Source: a virus
Reading direction: 5' to 3' (one strand)
DNA length: 64,000 bases
Virus record (IMG/VR): IMGVR_UViG_3300037478_000708
Coordinates: 92,009 to 156,008 of that record
Under the pieces are notes generated by a model. It was not told where the DNA came from, did no database searches, and was given only the letters and a program-made list of their open reading frames with translations. How positions within the stretch are numbered: position 1 is the stretch's first letter; each line of letters starts with the position of its first letter. The position numbers and the translations under genes were made by a program. Shown here piece after piece: positions 33,022 to 42,481 of the stretch.

Positions 33022-36000
33022 AGGTTGCTAGACGCAAGAAGGCAACGGCGAAGAAGCGGCCGGGGCTCAAGCAGCGCGCGCGAGAGGCGCGGCCGATCTC
33101 GTTGCGGCCGATCGTGCTGCGGGGAGATGAGCCGAAGTCCGGATGTCGGTGGTGTCCGCTCTTCCCCTGGAGTGCGGACTTTCCCTGCGAGGGTGACTAT
33201 CACCTCGACGCCGACAAGCAGCGCGCTAAGGAACCCGAGGGGCACCGCGTCCGCAACCGCTGCGTGCAGGAGCCGGAGTGGACTCAGGTCGACGTGCTCT
33301 GCGTGGGCGAGGCTCCGGGCGGCGATGAGGATCGAGTCGGGCTGCCCTTCGTAGGGCGCTCGGGGAAGCTCCTGCGCGAGACGATTCAGACCCTCGCGGA
33401 GACGACGCCCCTGAAGGTGGAGCAGTTCGGCTTCACGAACGTCGTGCGCTGCCGGCCGTCGTCGCGCAACCGCAAGCCGGGCAAGACGGAGATCAAGAGC
33501 TGCCTGCCCCAGCTCGTTCGGGAGATCGAGGCGCGCAAGCCGAAGGTGCTGATGGCCTTCGGGGGCATCGCCTTGGAGTACCTGACGGGGCAGACGGGCA
33601 TCACGTCGTTCAACGCCCGCGTGCTCGATTGCGTCCTGCCGGGCTGGGAAGACCTCAAGGTCGTGGCTTGTGTCCACCCCGCGTACATCCTGCGGATGGA
33701 CCACGAGCTGCCGAAGTTCATCGAAGCCTTCGAGGTGCTCGCGGATGTCGTGATGGGAACACACGAGCCGCTGCCGGGGCCGGGTGAGTACGCCGTCCTG
33801 ACGCGTCTCGCGGAAGTCCGCGGGTTGATCGCTTCCTACCGCAAGGTGGGAACGAAGGTGGCCGTCGACACCGAGACCGGGAGCCTCTATTGGTTTCAGG
33901 AGAAGTGGCCGCGGTTGTTGTGCTTCTCGCTGACCAACAAGGCCGGTGAGGCGTACGTGATTCCGCTGGACCACAAGGACAGTCCGTGGCGTGTCGGTGG
34001 GCCCCTGGAGCACGAACGCGCGGAGCTGTTCACGATCATCGGTGGGCTGCTCGAGGACCCCGGGATCGAGAAGGTGCTCCAAAACGGGAAGTTCGACGCG
34101 AAGCACGTCGAGCACGCGATCGGCTACGCGCTCGTGAACTACCGCGACACGATGCTGACGCACCTTGTCCTCGACGAGCGCAAGGGAACGCACGGCCTGA
34201 AGACCTTGGCCTACGGCTACACGGGCATGGGCGGCTACGAGAAGCCGCTAGACGACTACTGCGAGAAGCACCCGGAAGCGAACGTGAGGCGGGGAGGGAG
34301 CTACGCCAACGTTCCCGGGGAGATCCTCTTCGTGTATGCCGGGATGGACGCCGACGTGACGTTCCGCGTCGACGAAGGTCTGCTCGCGGAGGAGGCGTAC
34401 CGGACGAATCCTCGGTTGCAGGCGTTGGCCGAGACGTTCCTGCCGGCGCTGTCGGTCGTGCTCTCCGACATCGAGTACGAGGGCGCGCAGATCGACAAGC
34501 GCGTCGTCAAGAAGCTCGACAAGAAGTACACGCGCATCATGGCGGACAAGACGCGCGAGATCGCGCGCTTCCCCGCTGTCGTTGAGTACGCGCAGTCGCC
34601 CGACAAGACGGGCGATCCCGGCGTCTTCAATCCGGGTAGCCACCGGCAGCTACAGGACGTGCTGTTCGGCTACATGGGTGCCACGCCGGTCTCCCTGACC
34701 GACGGCGGACTGAAGCGGCTCTCGCTGCGCTACGACAAGGCCGTGCAGAAGTGGCGCAACCGGCGCAAGGGGCCCAAGCCGCGGTTTCAGTCCGTCGTGC
34801 AGAAGGCCATTCGGAGCGCGGAGTGGGAGTTCTTCTCGACGGACGCCGAGGTGCTGCATGAGCTGGAGCGCAAGGGCAACAAGCTCTGCCCGCTGATCCT
34901 CGAGTACCGCGCGGCGGAGACGCTCTACGGCACGTTCGTCAAGCCGCTCATGTACAACTTGGATCCGCACGGACGGATCCACGGCAACTTCAACATTCAC
35001 GGCACCGTCACGGGTCGGCTCAGTTCGGACGATCCGAACCTACAGAACATCCCCAACAAGGGCGGCGGTCTCATCAAGAGCGCCTACGTCTCGCGCTTCG
35101 GAGACGAGGGTCTGCTCGGCCAAGCGGACTACTCGCAGATCGAGCTGCGGGTCGCGGCGAGCGTCTTCAGCGAGCCCAACATGCTCCGCGCGTACCGCGA
35201 AGGGCAGGACGTGCACATGCTGACCGCGATCGACATCTCGGGTCTCTCGCCCGAGAAGTTCAAGCGGCTGTCGTCGTCCGATCAGAAAGCGTGGCGCACG
35301 CGGGCCAAGCGGATCAACTTCGGCATCCTCTACGGTGGTGGTCCGCCCACGCTCCAGAACACCCTGCGGAAGGACGGCGTGTTCGTCACGCTCGACGAAT
35401 GCCGTGAGCTGCTCGAGCGGTACTTCCGCGTGCGTCCGAAGCTCAAGGAAGGGATCGCGGCGCTCGAGCGCGGCGTGCGCAAGCTCGGCTATCTGGAGAG
35501 CTTCACCGGCCGCCGTCGGCGTCTGCCGGAGGTGTACAGCGAGGACGAGGAGATCGTCGCCCGTGCACTCCGCCAGTCGGGCAACTTCCCGATCCAAAAC
35601 GGTGCTTCCGAGATGACGCTCATGTCGCTGGTCCTCATCTGGCAGGAGATGCAGGACCGTGGCTACCGCTCGAAGATCATCCTGACCGTGCACGACTCGA
35701 TCATCTTCGATCTGCACGTCGACGAAGCCTTCGAGGTGATGTCGCTCGCTCGGCAGATCATGGAGTCGATCACGAAGCTCTCGGATCAAGTGCTGCCGGG
35801 GCTGGACTGGTCGTGGCTCAAGGTTCCGATCGTCGCCGACTGTGAGGTCGGCCGCGATTGGCAGGCGCTCGTGGGCATTGATCCCGACGACATCCTGCGC
35901 GGCGCCACGAGCAAGAAGGAACTGTGGGCGTGGGACGAGGAGAAGGAGGACTGGTTCCTGGCGCGGGATCCGGCCAACGAAGACGAACTCTGGGAGGTCA

Positions 36001-36029
36001 TCGAGTGGAAGCGAGAGAAGAAGGCGTAA
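33018..36029 (+). CDS. polA: Family A DNA polymerase with N-terminal family-4 uracil-DNA glycosylase domain (SPO1-type)
   Basis: UDG: GEAPG, PFVG, TNVVRCRP, HPA; exo: DTET, NGKFD, YAGMD; pol: DYSQIELR, AKRINFGILYG, VHDS. Confidence 0.92.
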   Translation: MKVARRKKATAKKRPGLKQRAREARPISLRPIVLRGDEPKSGCRWCPLFPWSADFPCEGDYHLDADKQRAKEPEGHRVRNRCVQEPEWTQVDVLCVGEAPGGDEDRVGLPFVGRSGKLLRETIQTLAETTPLKVEQFGFTNVVRCRPSSRNRKPGKTEIKSCLPQLVREIEARKPKVLMAFGGIALEYLTGQTGITSFNARVLDCVLPGWEDLKVVACVHPAYILRMDHELPKFIEAFEVLADVVMGTHEPLPGPGEYAVLTRLAEVRGLIASYRKVGTKVAVDTETGSLYWFQEKWPRLLCFSLTNKAGEAYVIPLDHKDSPWRVGGPLEHERAELFTIIGGLLEDPGIEKVLQNGKFDAKHVEHAIGYALVNYRDTMLTHLVLDERKGTHGLKTLAYGYTGMGGYEKPLDDYCEKHPEANVRRGGSYANVPGEILFVYAGMDADVTFRVDEGLLAEEAYRTNPRLQALAETFLPALSVVLSDIEYEGAQIDKRVVKKLDKKYTRIMADKTREIARFPAVVEYAQSPDKTGDPGVFNPGSHRQLQDVLFGYMGATPVSLTDGGLKRLSLRYDKAVQKWRNRRKGPKPRFQSVVQKAIRSAEWEFFSTDAEVLHELERKGNKLCPLILEYRAAETLYGTFVKPLMYNLDPHGRIHGNFNIHGTVTGRLSSDDPNLQNIPNKGGGLIKSAYVSRFGDEGLLGQADYSQIELRVAASVFSEPNMLRAYREGQDVHMLTAIDISGLSPEKFKRLSSSDQKAWRTRAKRINFGILYGGGPPTLQNTLRKDGVFVTLDECRELLERYFRVRPKLKEGIAALERGVRKLGYLESFTGRRRRLPEVYSEDEEIVARALRQSGNFPIQNGASEMTLMSLVLIWQEMQDRGYRSKIILTVHDSIIFDLHVDEAFEVMSLARQIMESITKLSDQVLPGLDWSWLKVPIVADCEVGRDWQALVGIDPDDILRGATSKKELWAWDEEKEDWFLARDPANEDELWEVIEWKREKKA

Positions 36030-36097
36030 CGCACGGAAGCCCGGAAGCGCTGACGGCCGCGGAGCGGGAGCAAGGGCATCGGGAGCTGCTGGCGCGC

Positions 36098-36526
36098 ATG
36101 GATCCGGCAAACCGCGCTGCTTGCGAGGCGTCCGGCTGCGTGCACGATGCGCGTCGCTTGGTGGCGTTCATCTACCTGCTCCTGCGGGACCACGTTCCCT
36201 GCGGGTTGCTGGGAGAGGTCGTGCGGATGCTCGACGCTCCGTCGGAACCGCTCCCCGTTGCGATTCAGTGCACGAGCCTCGCCAGGCGGTTGTCTGCGCA
36301 GGAGCCCTGCACTCGTCTTCTCGACTGGTTGGCGGCCGTCGAGGCGCAAGGGCTGGCGGAGCGCGCGACGCTGTGGAGCATCGCGAACAGCTTGCCCGAA
36401 CAGGACGACACCGAAACGCTCTACACGAACGGCTGGCTTGCGCGATACGCGCAGTACATCGCGGACAGGATCGAACATGGCACGCAACAGGAACAACGCG
36501 TCGCAGCGAGCGGCGACGCTACGTGA
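36098..36526 (+). CDS. Hypothetical protein (start uncertain)
   Basis: LVAFIYLLLRDH...YTNGWLARYA; fills the gap. Confidence 0.5.
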   Translation: MDPANRAACEASGCVHDARRLVAFIYLLLRDHVPCGLLGEVVRMLDAPSEPLPVAIQCTSLARRLSAQEPCTRLLDWLAAVEAQGLAERATLWSIANSLPEQDDTETLYTNGWLARYAQYIADRIEHGTQQEQRVAASGDAT

Positions 36527-36977
36527 GGCGGAGAGCGCGCTCGATGGCGTCGAGGCTCTCGAGATCGTGCTGGAGAACGGCGAGCGCGCCTCGTTCAACT
36601 TGAGCGAGGAGCTGGCGATCCCTCGGGATCCTCGCGAGCTGTTCGAGGCCGGCAGACAGTCTCCCGCCAAGCTGGCCTTCTGGAACTACCAGACTGAGCG
36701 CGCGCTCCATGCGCTGCGCAAGGCCGAGGCGAAGCTCGCGTCCGCGGAAGGTCGCGAGTACCTCATCTGGAGGACGTTCTACGAGCAGGAGCAGGGCAGC
36801 GTCCCGACGGAGGCGACGATCCGTTCGCACCTTTCGCGCGACACCAAACTTCACGGGTTTCAAGTTGCACTCCGCGCGCGCAAGAAGGAGTATGGCGCGC
36901 TCCGGGCCGTGAGGGACGCGATGGACCATCGCGACTCGATGGTTCGGACCTTGATCGGCAGATACGAGCCTACCTAA
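36477..36977 (+). CDS. UvsY-like recombination mediator
   Basis: All-helical, TEATI...D, AMDHR.SM pattern; sits before SSB and RecA. Confidence 0.55.
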   Translation: MARNRNNASQRAATLREAESALDGVEALEIVLENGERASFNLSEELAIPRDPRELFEAGRQSPAKLAFWNYQTERALHALRKAEAKLASAEGREYLIWRTFYEQEQGSVPTEATIRSHLSRDTKLHGFQVALRARKKEYGALRAVRDAMDHRDSMVRTLIGRYEPT

Positions 36978-37078
36978 GCCCAAGACCGCGCGGATGCGCA
37001 AGATGCGGGTGGACCTGGCTCAGACGAGACCGAACTGACAACAACCACCTAAAGCAAAAGAAGCGAGAGTCGAAAAGC

Positions 37079-38425
37079 ATGGGAAAGAAGCCCAGCAAGG
37101 AATTCCGCGAGCGCATGGCGAAGCGGAAGCAATCGATGGCGCGCAAGGGCGTCATCATCGAGAAGAAGGACTGGACCAAGGGACGCATCCGTCTGCTCCC
37201 GTCGCACGGCGACGACCCGGCGAAGGAGTTCCGGTCGTTCTACCTGCCGCACGAGAAGAAGAGCGTCACGGCGCCGTCGACGTTCGGCTATCCCGATCCG
37301 CTCTGGGACAAGCTGGACGATCTCTTCAAGACCGGCGACAAGGCGGAGAAGGATCACGCGGGCGACCTGATCCGTCGCAGCGTCGAATACTGGGCTCCCT
37401 GCATCGTGCGTGGTGACGAGGGTACGCCCGATCACCCGAACGTCCGCATCATGCGCCTGACGAACAGCAGCTATCAGTACATCATCGATCTCATCATCGA
37501 CGAGGACTACGGCGAGGACGTCACGGACGCGAAGGAGGGTCGCGACATCCTCATCAAGCGGGAGAAGACGGGCAGTCGGCAGACCGACGTCGACTGGAAG
37601 TGCGACAAGATGGACTCGGGTCCGATCTCCGACGATCGCGAGATGGCGAAGGCCCTGGTCGCGCTCTCGAAGAAGTTCGACCCCGCCAACCACTTCTTCT
37701 CCTTCAACTTGGAGGACTACACCGAGGCGTACATGGCGCTGACGGACGAGGAGATCCCGGACGAGTTCCTCGCGGAGCTGGAAGAACTGGCCGAGTCCGG
37801 AGGCTCGCGCGAGGTCGAGGAGGACGACGAAGAGGCTGAGGAAGAAGAAGAGGAGGAAGAGGAAGACGACGAGGAAGAGGAGGACGACGAGGAAGAAGAG
37901 GACGACGAGGAAGAGGAGGAGGAAGACGAGGACGACGAGGAAGAGGAGGAGGAAGACGCCATGCTCGAGGACCCGCCCGAGGGCATCGAGTTCGGCAAGA
38001 CCGTCGTGTCGTTCGCGACCGAGGGCGGGGACGCCGAAGGCGTCGTGCACTCCTGGGCCGAGGACCCCGACGACTCCTCGAACTTCCTCCTGGCGATCGT
38101 CGAGGAGGACGGCGACGCCGACGATCCGTGGCTGATCGACGTCGACGAGGTGACGATCCTCGAAGACGAGGAGGAAGAGGAGGAGGAAGAGGAGGAGCCG
38201 GAGGAGGCCGAGCCCACGGTTCGGCGCGCGAAGAAGCCGACCGGCCGCAAGTCCTCCGGAGCGGGTACGACCATCCGCAGCGGCGGTTCCAAGAAGACGA
38301 CGCGGAAGGTCGCCCCGAAGCCGGCGGCGAGGACGTCGAAGGCCACGTCCAAGAAGACGACGAAGAAGGCCACGTCCAAGAAGACGACGAAGAAGGCGTC
38401 CTCCAAGAAGAAGAGCCGACGGTAG
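37079..38425 (+). CDS. gp32-like single-stranded DNA-binding protein with acidic tracts and basic tail
   Basis: RIRLLP...DP, D.TD.KEGRDI.IKR; poly-E/D tracts; Lys-rich C terminus. Confidence 0.7.
   Translation: MGKKPSKEFRERMAKRKQSMARKGVIIEKKDWTKGRIRLLPSHGDDPAKEFRSFYLPHEKKSVTAPSTFGYPDPLWDKLDDLFKTGDKAEKDHAGDLIRRSVEYWAPCIVRGDEGTPDHPNVRIMRLTNSSYQYIIDLIIDEDYGEDVTDAKEGRDILIKREKTGSRQTDVDWKCDKMDSGPISDDREMAKALVALSKKFDPANHFFSFNLEDYTEAYMALTDEEIPDEFLAELEELAESGGSREVEEDDEEAEEEEEEEEEDDEEEEDDEEEEDDEEEEEEDEDDEEEEEEDAMLEDPPEGIEFGKTVVSFATEGGDAEGVVHSWAEDPDDSSNFLLAIVEEDGDADDPWLIDVDEVTILEDEEEEEEEEEEPEEAEPTVRRAKKPTGRKSSGAGTTIRSGGSKKTTRKVAPKPAARTSKATSKKTTKKATSKKTTKKASSKKKSRR
37811..37957 (+). repeat. GAR/GAC low-complexity tract (poly Glu/Asp)
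   Basis: Read directly. Confidence 0.9.
38339..38392 (+). repeat. 27-bp tandem duplication (KATSKKTTK x2)
   Basis: AAGGCCACGTCCAAGAAGACGACGAAG x2. Confidence 0.9.
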
Positions 38426-38487
38426 CCCGTCGATCCGCGGCGATCCCCTGGGGGCAGGCTCCGGGGGATCGCTGTCGGCTTACCTAG

Positions 38488-38889
38488 GTGAACAGCATGG
38501 CATTGCGCGAAGGCGACGACATCGTTGTCCGGCGGCAGGCGACCGTCTGGCTCTCCCAGTACGACTCGTTCAAGCCGGCCGTATCGTTGCGGCGGGTTCT
38601 CGGATCCGATCCGGATGCGGACAGGGACGAGATGGATCGGATCCTCTACGTCGAGCTGCGGCGCGCAGTTCTGATGGAGGTGCGGGATCGCGCCGAGTTG
38701 GACGCGGCGTTGGGTTACAGCACGACGAAGCTCATCAAGCACTGCGAAGAGGTCGTACGAAATGGGATTGAAGGACAGAGCGCGCGTGGCGGAACTCCCT
38801 TCCCCGCCCGCGAAGAAGAAGGCCGGCAAGAAAGGAAAAAAGCGAAGCGTAAAGCGGTCGCCCGCAAAGCCCGCCGTCGCTCGACGTAA
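38488..38889 (+). CDS. Hypothetical protein
   Basis: LSQYDSFK motif; tail overlaps recA. Confidence 0.55.
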   Translation: MNSMALREGDDIVVRRQATVWLSQYDSFKPAVSLRRVLGSDPDADRDEMDRILYVELRRAVLMEVRDRAELDAALGYSTTKLIKHCEEVVRNGIEGQSARGGTPFPAREEEGRQERKKAKRKAVARKARRRST

Positions 38890-39991
38890 GTCCGCCGGCA
38901 AGAGGGCCGACGCGGACGGCATCGTCAAGGCGATCAGGAAGCGCCTCGGCAAGAAGTCCGAGAGCGCGGTCGCGGTGCTCGGTCAGGAGGACGTCCTCTC
39001 GGAAGTGACCGAGTGGATTCCGTCAGGGTTCCCTGATCTCGATCGCGTGATCGGAGGCGGGTGGGCCGTCGGACGTGCCAGCGAAGTGTACGGAGACGAA
39101 GGGTGCGGAAAGACCGCCCTCGGCTACGAAGCCCTGCGGGAGTGTCAGGCGCTCGGTGGGCTCGCCGTCTTGCTCGACTTCGAGCGGGCTCTCGACGAGA
39201 AGAAGATGCGCGGTCGGGGTATCGACCCCGATCAGCTCGTGTACGTAGCCCCGGACTCGGCGGAGGAGGGTTGGGAGACCGTGTGGGCGATCGTTGAGCA
39301 GCTCAAATCCTCCCCGCCGGATGCGCCCACGTTCATCCTGTGGGACTCGATCGCGGCGGCGGTGCCGGCCGACGTGCGGGACGGGAAGATGGGCGACTCG
39401 CACATCGGGCTCCACGCGCGGATCATGACGCAGGGCTGCATGCGGATGTTCGTGGAGATCTCGAAGGTCCGCGCGCACATGATGTGGATCAACCAGAATC
39501 GGTCCAAGATCGGGGGCTTCTCCGGCTGGGGCGGTCCGCAGACGGACACGACCGGGGGCCGCGCGGTGAAGTTCGCAGCTTCCCAGCGGGTTGCGAACAA
39601 GGTCGTGAAGCGGGTTCGGCGCAAGCAGGGCACCGATCCGACCGGCTACATCATCAAGACCACGACCGACAAGTGCCGGTTAGCGCCCCCGCATCGGTCT
39701 ACGGAGTGGATCCTCGACTTCCGCCTGGGCCCTTCTCCGGAGCTGTCCGCTCGCCACCTGTTGACGGAGGCAGGGATGCTCAAGAAGGGCAAGGGTCCCG
39801 GCATGGTGAAGGGGCCGTGGTCGTCGAAGCCCTTCCGCCGTGCCGAGTGGCTTCAGCACATGTCGGACCCGGGCTTCCGGGCCGGGGTGCACGCGGCGAT
39901 CGGGGAGCTGATGGCGGCCGGCGGTGCGCGGCAGTACCGCGAGACGAAGGCCGGAACTTCAGATGATGACGACGAAGAGGGCGAGGAATAG
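38762..39991 (+). CDS. recA: RecA/UvsX recombinase
   Basis: GDEGCGKT, D.ERALD, WDSIAA, INQ.RSKIG, TTGGRAVKF.AS.R. Confidence 0.92.
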   Translation: MGLKDRARVAELPSPPAKKKAGKKGKKRSVKRSPAKPAVARRKSAGKRADADGIVKAIRKRLGKKSESAVAVLGQEDVLSEVTEWIPSGFPDLDRVIGGGWAVGRASEVYGDEGCGKTALGYEALRECQALGGLAVLLDFERALDEKKMRGRGIDPDQLVYVAPDSAEEGWETVWAIVEQLKSSPPDAPTFILWDSIAAAVPADVRDGKMGDSHIGLHARIMTQGCMRMFVEISKVRAHMMWINQNRSKIGGFSGWGGPQTDTTGGRAVKFAASQRVANKVVKRVRRKQGTDPTGYIIKTTTDKCRLAPPHRSTEWILDFRLGPSPELSARHLLTEAGMLKKGKGPGMVKGPWSSKPFRRAEWLQHMSDPGFRAGVHAAIGELMAAGGARQYRETKAGTSDDDDEEGEE

Positions 39992-40083
39992 TTGACACCG
40001 GCGGGAGAGGCGTAGAAGCTACGCCTGCTACCTGCCCCTAACCGGCCAAGCCCTCGGACAACGCTGAGGAGGACTACAGCGAC

Positions 40084-41391
40084 ATGGTGACCACGAGCAC
40101 GCGCAAGCGTTCGTCGAAGAAGACGTCCGCGAAGAAGAAGAAGACGTCCAAGAAGACGACCGCCAAGAAGAAGACGGCTCGGAAGGCTGCTCCCGAGCCC
40201 GCGGCCAAGAAGGCCGCCGTCGAGCCCGCGGCCAAGAGGGCCAAGAAGACGGCCAAGAAGACGGCCAAGAAGACGGCCAAGAAGGCGAGCGGGTCGCGCG
40301 CGTCGGTCGTGCCGCCGACCATGCCGAACGGAAGTCCGTTCGCGGCACACGAGATCAACGGCATTCAGGTCGTCACGGCCGACGGTCGCAAGCCGAGCCG
40401 CTACGCGGCGACGGGCTTCGTGGAAGGCGATCGCATCCGCAGGCTGAAGTTCATTCAGGCTCTTCGTAGCAGCGGCGTGGGCGACATCGCGGAGCTGACG
40501 AAGGGCATCCGTACGAGCGGCGTGATCGAGCCCCTGGTCGTGCGGCCGGCGGGCAACGGCAAGGACTTCGAGCTGATCGCCGGAGAGCGGCGCCTCGAGG
40601 CCGCGCAGAAGGTCGGTGGCAAGGCGTGGCAGCACGTGCCTGTCATCATCCGCACGGACCTCGACGACGACGACAAGGCGACGGCCGTCGCCATCGCCGA
40701 GAACTCCGAAGACGGTCGGTCGAATCTCAACATCATCGACATCGGGCGGCAGGCCGAGCGCTTTCAGGAGAAGGGCTGGACCGCTGACCGCATGGCGAAG
40801 GAGATGGGGCTGCACGTGCGCAAGGTGCGCCGCGCGATCCAGCTCGTGAGCGAGGTCTCGCCGTCGGTGCAGGAGAAGGTGCAGGCGGGTGAGCTGCCGA
40901 TGACGGCCGCGCTGGAGCTGACGCAGCTTCCGGAGGACGTTCGCGAGAAGATCGAGGACCGTCTCGGTCCGGACACGACCGCCTCGGAGATCCGGCGCAT
41001 CCGCAAGAAGATCGAGGCGGACGCGGCGAAGGAGAAGGCCGAGAAGGGCGAAGACATCGAGTCCCGCCGCAAGAGAGGCGGCGAGGCCAAGACCCGGCAG
41101 GCGACGGCCTGGAAGACGCCCTCCGAGAAGAAGATGCAGCTCGGTCAGATGGCCATGTCGCTGCACGGGGCCGACGGGGACGAGATCGGGACGTACGACT
41201 ACCACGAGCTGCGCGGCGGCCTGGCGGCGCTCCTGTGGGATCGGGGCGACCTCGAGTCGCCCTTCCTCCCGACCATCTACGAGGAGGAGATGGAGAACCC
41301 GGCGCAGGAGAAGAAGCTCAACGCGCTGTTCAACGAGATCGTGGCCAACGAGGCCGCGCGGCACGAGAAACGCCTGGCCGCGGGGGCGTAA
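40084..41391 (+). CDS. parB: ParB/Spo0J-like CTPase with histone H1-like N-terminal tail
   Basis: GVIEPLVVR, LIAGERRLEAA, AIAEN..R.NL, HTH (TADRMAKEMGLHVRKVRR). Confidence 0.85.
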   Translation: MVTTSTRKRSSKKTSAKKKKTSKKTTAKKKTARKAAPEPAAKKAAVEPAAKRAKKTAKKTAKKTAKKASGSRASVVPPTMPNGSPFAAHEINGIQVVTADGRKPSRYAATGFVEGDRIRRLKFIQALRSSGVGDIAELTKGIRTSGVIEPLVVRPAGNGKDFELIAGERRLEAAQKVGGKAWQHVPVIIRTDLDDDDKATAVAIAENSEDGRSNLNIIDIGRQAERFQEKGWTADRMAKEMGLHVRKVRRAIQLVSEVSPSVQEKVQAGELPMTAALELTQLPEDVREKIEDRLGPDTTASEIRRIRKKIEADAAKEKAEKGEDIESRRKRGGEAKTRQATAWKTPSEKKMQLGQMAMSLHGADGDEIGTYDYHELRGGLAALLWDRGDLESPFLPTIYEEEMENPAQEKKLNALFNEIVANEAARHEKRLAAGA

Positions 41392-41411
41392 GCCTGCGGA
41401 CTCTCCCTCCC

Positions 41412-41449
41412 GAGGGGGGCACGTGCAAGCGACGGTACGTGTCCCCCTC
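41412..41449 (+). terminator. Strong hairpin after parB
   Basis: GAGGGGGGCACGTGC/GTACGTGTCCCCCTC, weak U tract. Confidence 0.5.
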
Positions 41450-41455
41450 ACCTTC

Positions 41456-41476
41456 CCGGTGACAGCGTGTCACTGG
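41456..41476. repeat. Dispersed palindrome copy 5 (CCGGTGACA-GCG-TGTCACTGG)
   Basis: 65 bp after the parB stop, 2 bp before ATG 41479. Confidence 0.95.
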
Positions 41477-41478
41477 AC

Positions 41479-42471
41479 ATGGCCGATCCGATCCTAGTCG
41501 ACGGGAACTCGCTCGCGGTCCGCTGCATCATGGCCGCGGTGCACGACGAACTCCGGAACGACCTGGCCTTCACGGGCGGCGTCTACGGGTCGCTCAACGT
41601 GCTCCGTGCGGTGCTGGAGGATCACCACGTCCGCGCCGGGCGCATCGTTGTCTTTTTCGACCACTCGACGCCGCCGCGTCGCCTGCGCCTGATCCCGGAG
41701 TACAAGCAGGCGCGTAAGCGGGACCCTGATGACCTCTACCCCTTTGAGACGCAGGAGCAGAAGGACGCAGCCTTCGCGCAGATCCACGCGCTGTGGGACC
41801 TGCTGCCGACGCTCGGGGCGACGGTGCTCTGCTTCCGCGAGCGCGAGGCGGACGATGGGCTGGGGGCCGCGTCGCGGCTGCTCACGGCCCGCGGGGAGCG
41901 GCCCCTCGTGGTCAGCTCGGACCGCGATCTCTGGCAGACCGTGGGTTGGGGCTGTCGCGTCTGGGATCTCCACGCGCACGCGATCCTCGACGCCGGGAAC
42001 TTCCTCGATCGAACCGGCGTCTCCACGGACACCTATCTGCTCTACAAAGCCCTTGTGGGCGATACGTCCGACGGCATCGCGGGAGTGCGCGGGCTTGGTC
42101 CCAAGACGGCAGCCGAGTTGCTCAACGAGGCGCACTGGGACGTGCGGAGCCACCGCGAACCGCGGGACCAGCTCGCGGCGCTTTGTGCGCACCTGGGCCG
42201 GAAGACGACGCGCACGAAGCGAGAGGACGCACTCCTCCAGGCGCGCAGGCGCATCGAGAAGGTTCTTCAGGGGATCGACCTACGCCACTCGTTCGGTCCT
42301 ACGGAACGACTGGAAGCGCGACTGGACGAAACGCCGGAGGTTCACTGGCAGGACTTCTTGCGCGGCTGCAAGCGCGTCGGTCTATCGTCCGTACTCGGCA
42401 GTCATCAGCGTTTCGTCCGACCGTTTCGACGGGCTGCGCGTGCGGCTGTGCAAAAAAGCACGGATCGCTAG
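41479..42471 (+). CDS. 5'-3' exonuclease / flap endonuclease (T4 RNase H-like)
   Basis: LVDGNS, FFD, YK..R, EADD, SSDRD, L.GD.SD.I.GV.GLGPKTA. Confidence 0.88.
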   Translation: MADPILVDGNSLAVRCIMAAVHDELRNDLAFTGGVYGSLNVLRAVLEDHHVRAGRIVVFFDHSTPPRRLRLIPEYKQARKRDPDDLYPFETQEQKDAAFAQIHALWDLLPTLGATVLCFREREADDGLGAASRLLTARGERPLVVSSDRDLWQTVGWGCRVWDLHAHAILDAGNFLDRTGVSTDTYLLYKALVGDTSDGIAGVRGLGPKTAAELLNEAHWDVRSHREPRDQLAALCAHLGRKTTRTKREDALLQARRRIEKVLQGIDLRHSFGPTERLEARLDETPEVHWQDFLRGCKRVGLSSVLGSHQRFVRPFRRAARAAVQKSTDR

Positions 42472-42481
42472 ACCGGAAACG

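Noticed and set aside
37049-37076. CTAAAG-N14-GTCGAAAA sigma28-like match before the SSB gene
   Set aside because: Ends 2 nt before the ATG, so the transcript would start inside the gene; spacer differs from the family
37717-38952. Poly-Ser ORF on the minus strand
   Set aside because: Mirror of the poly-Glu/Asp codons of the SSB gene
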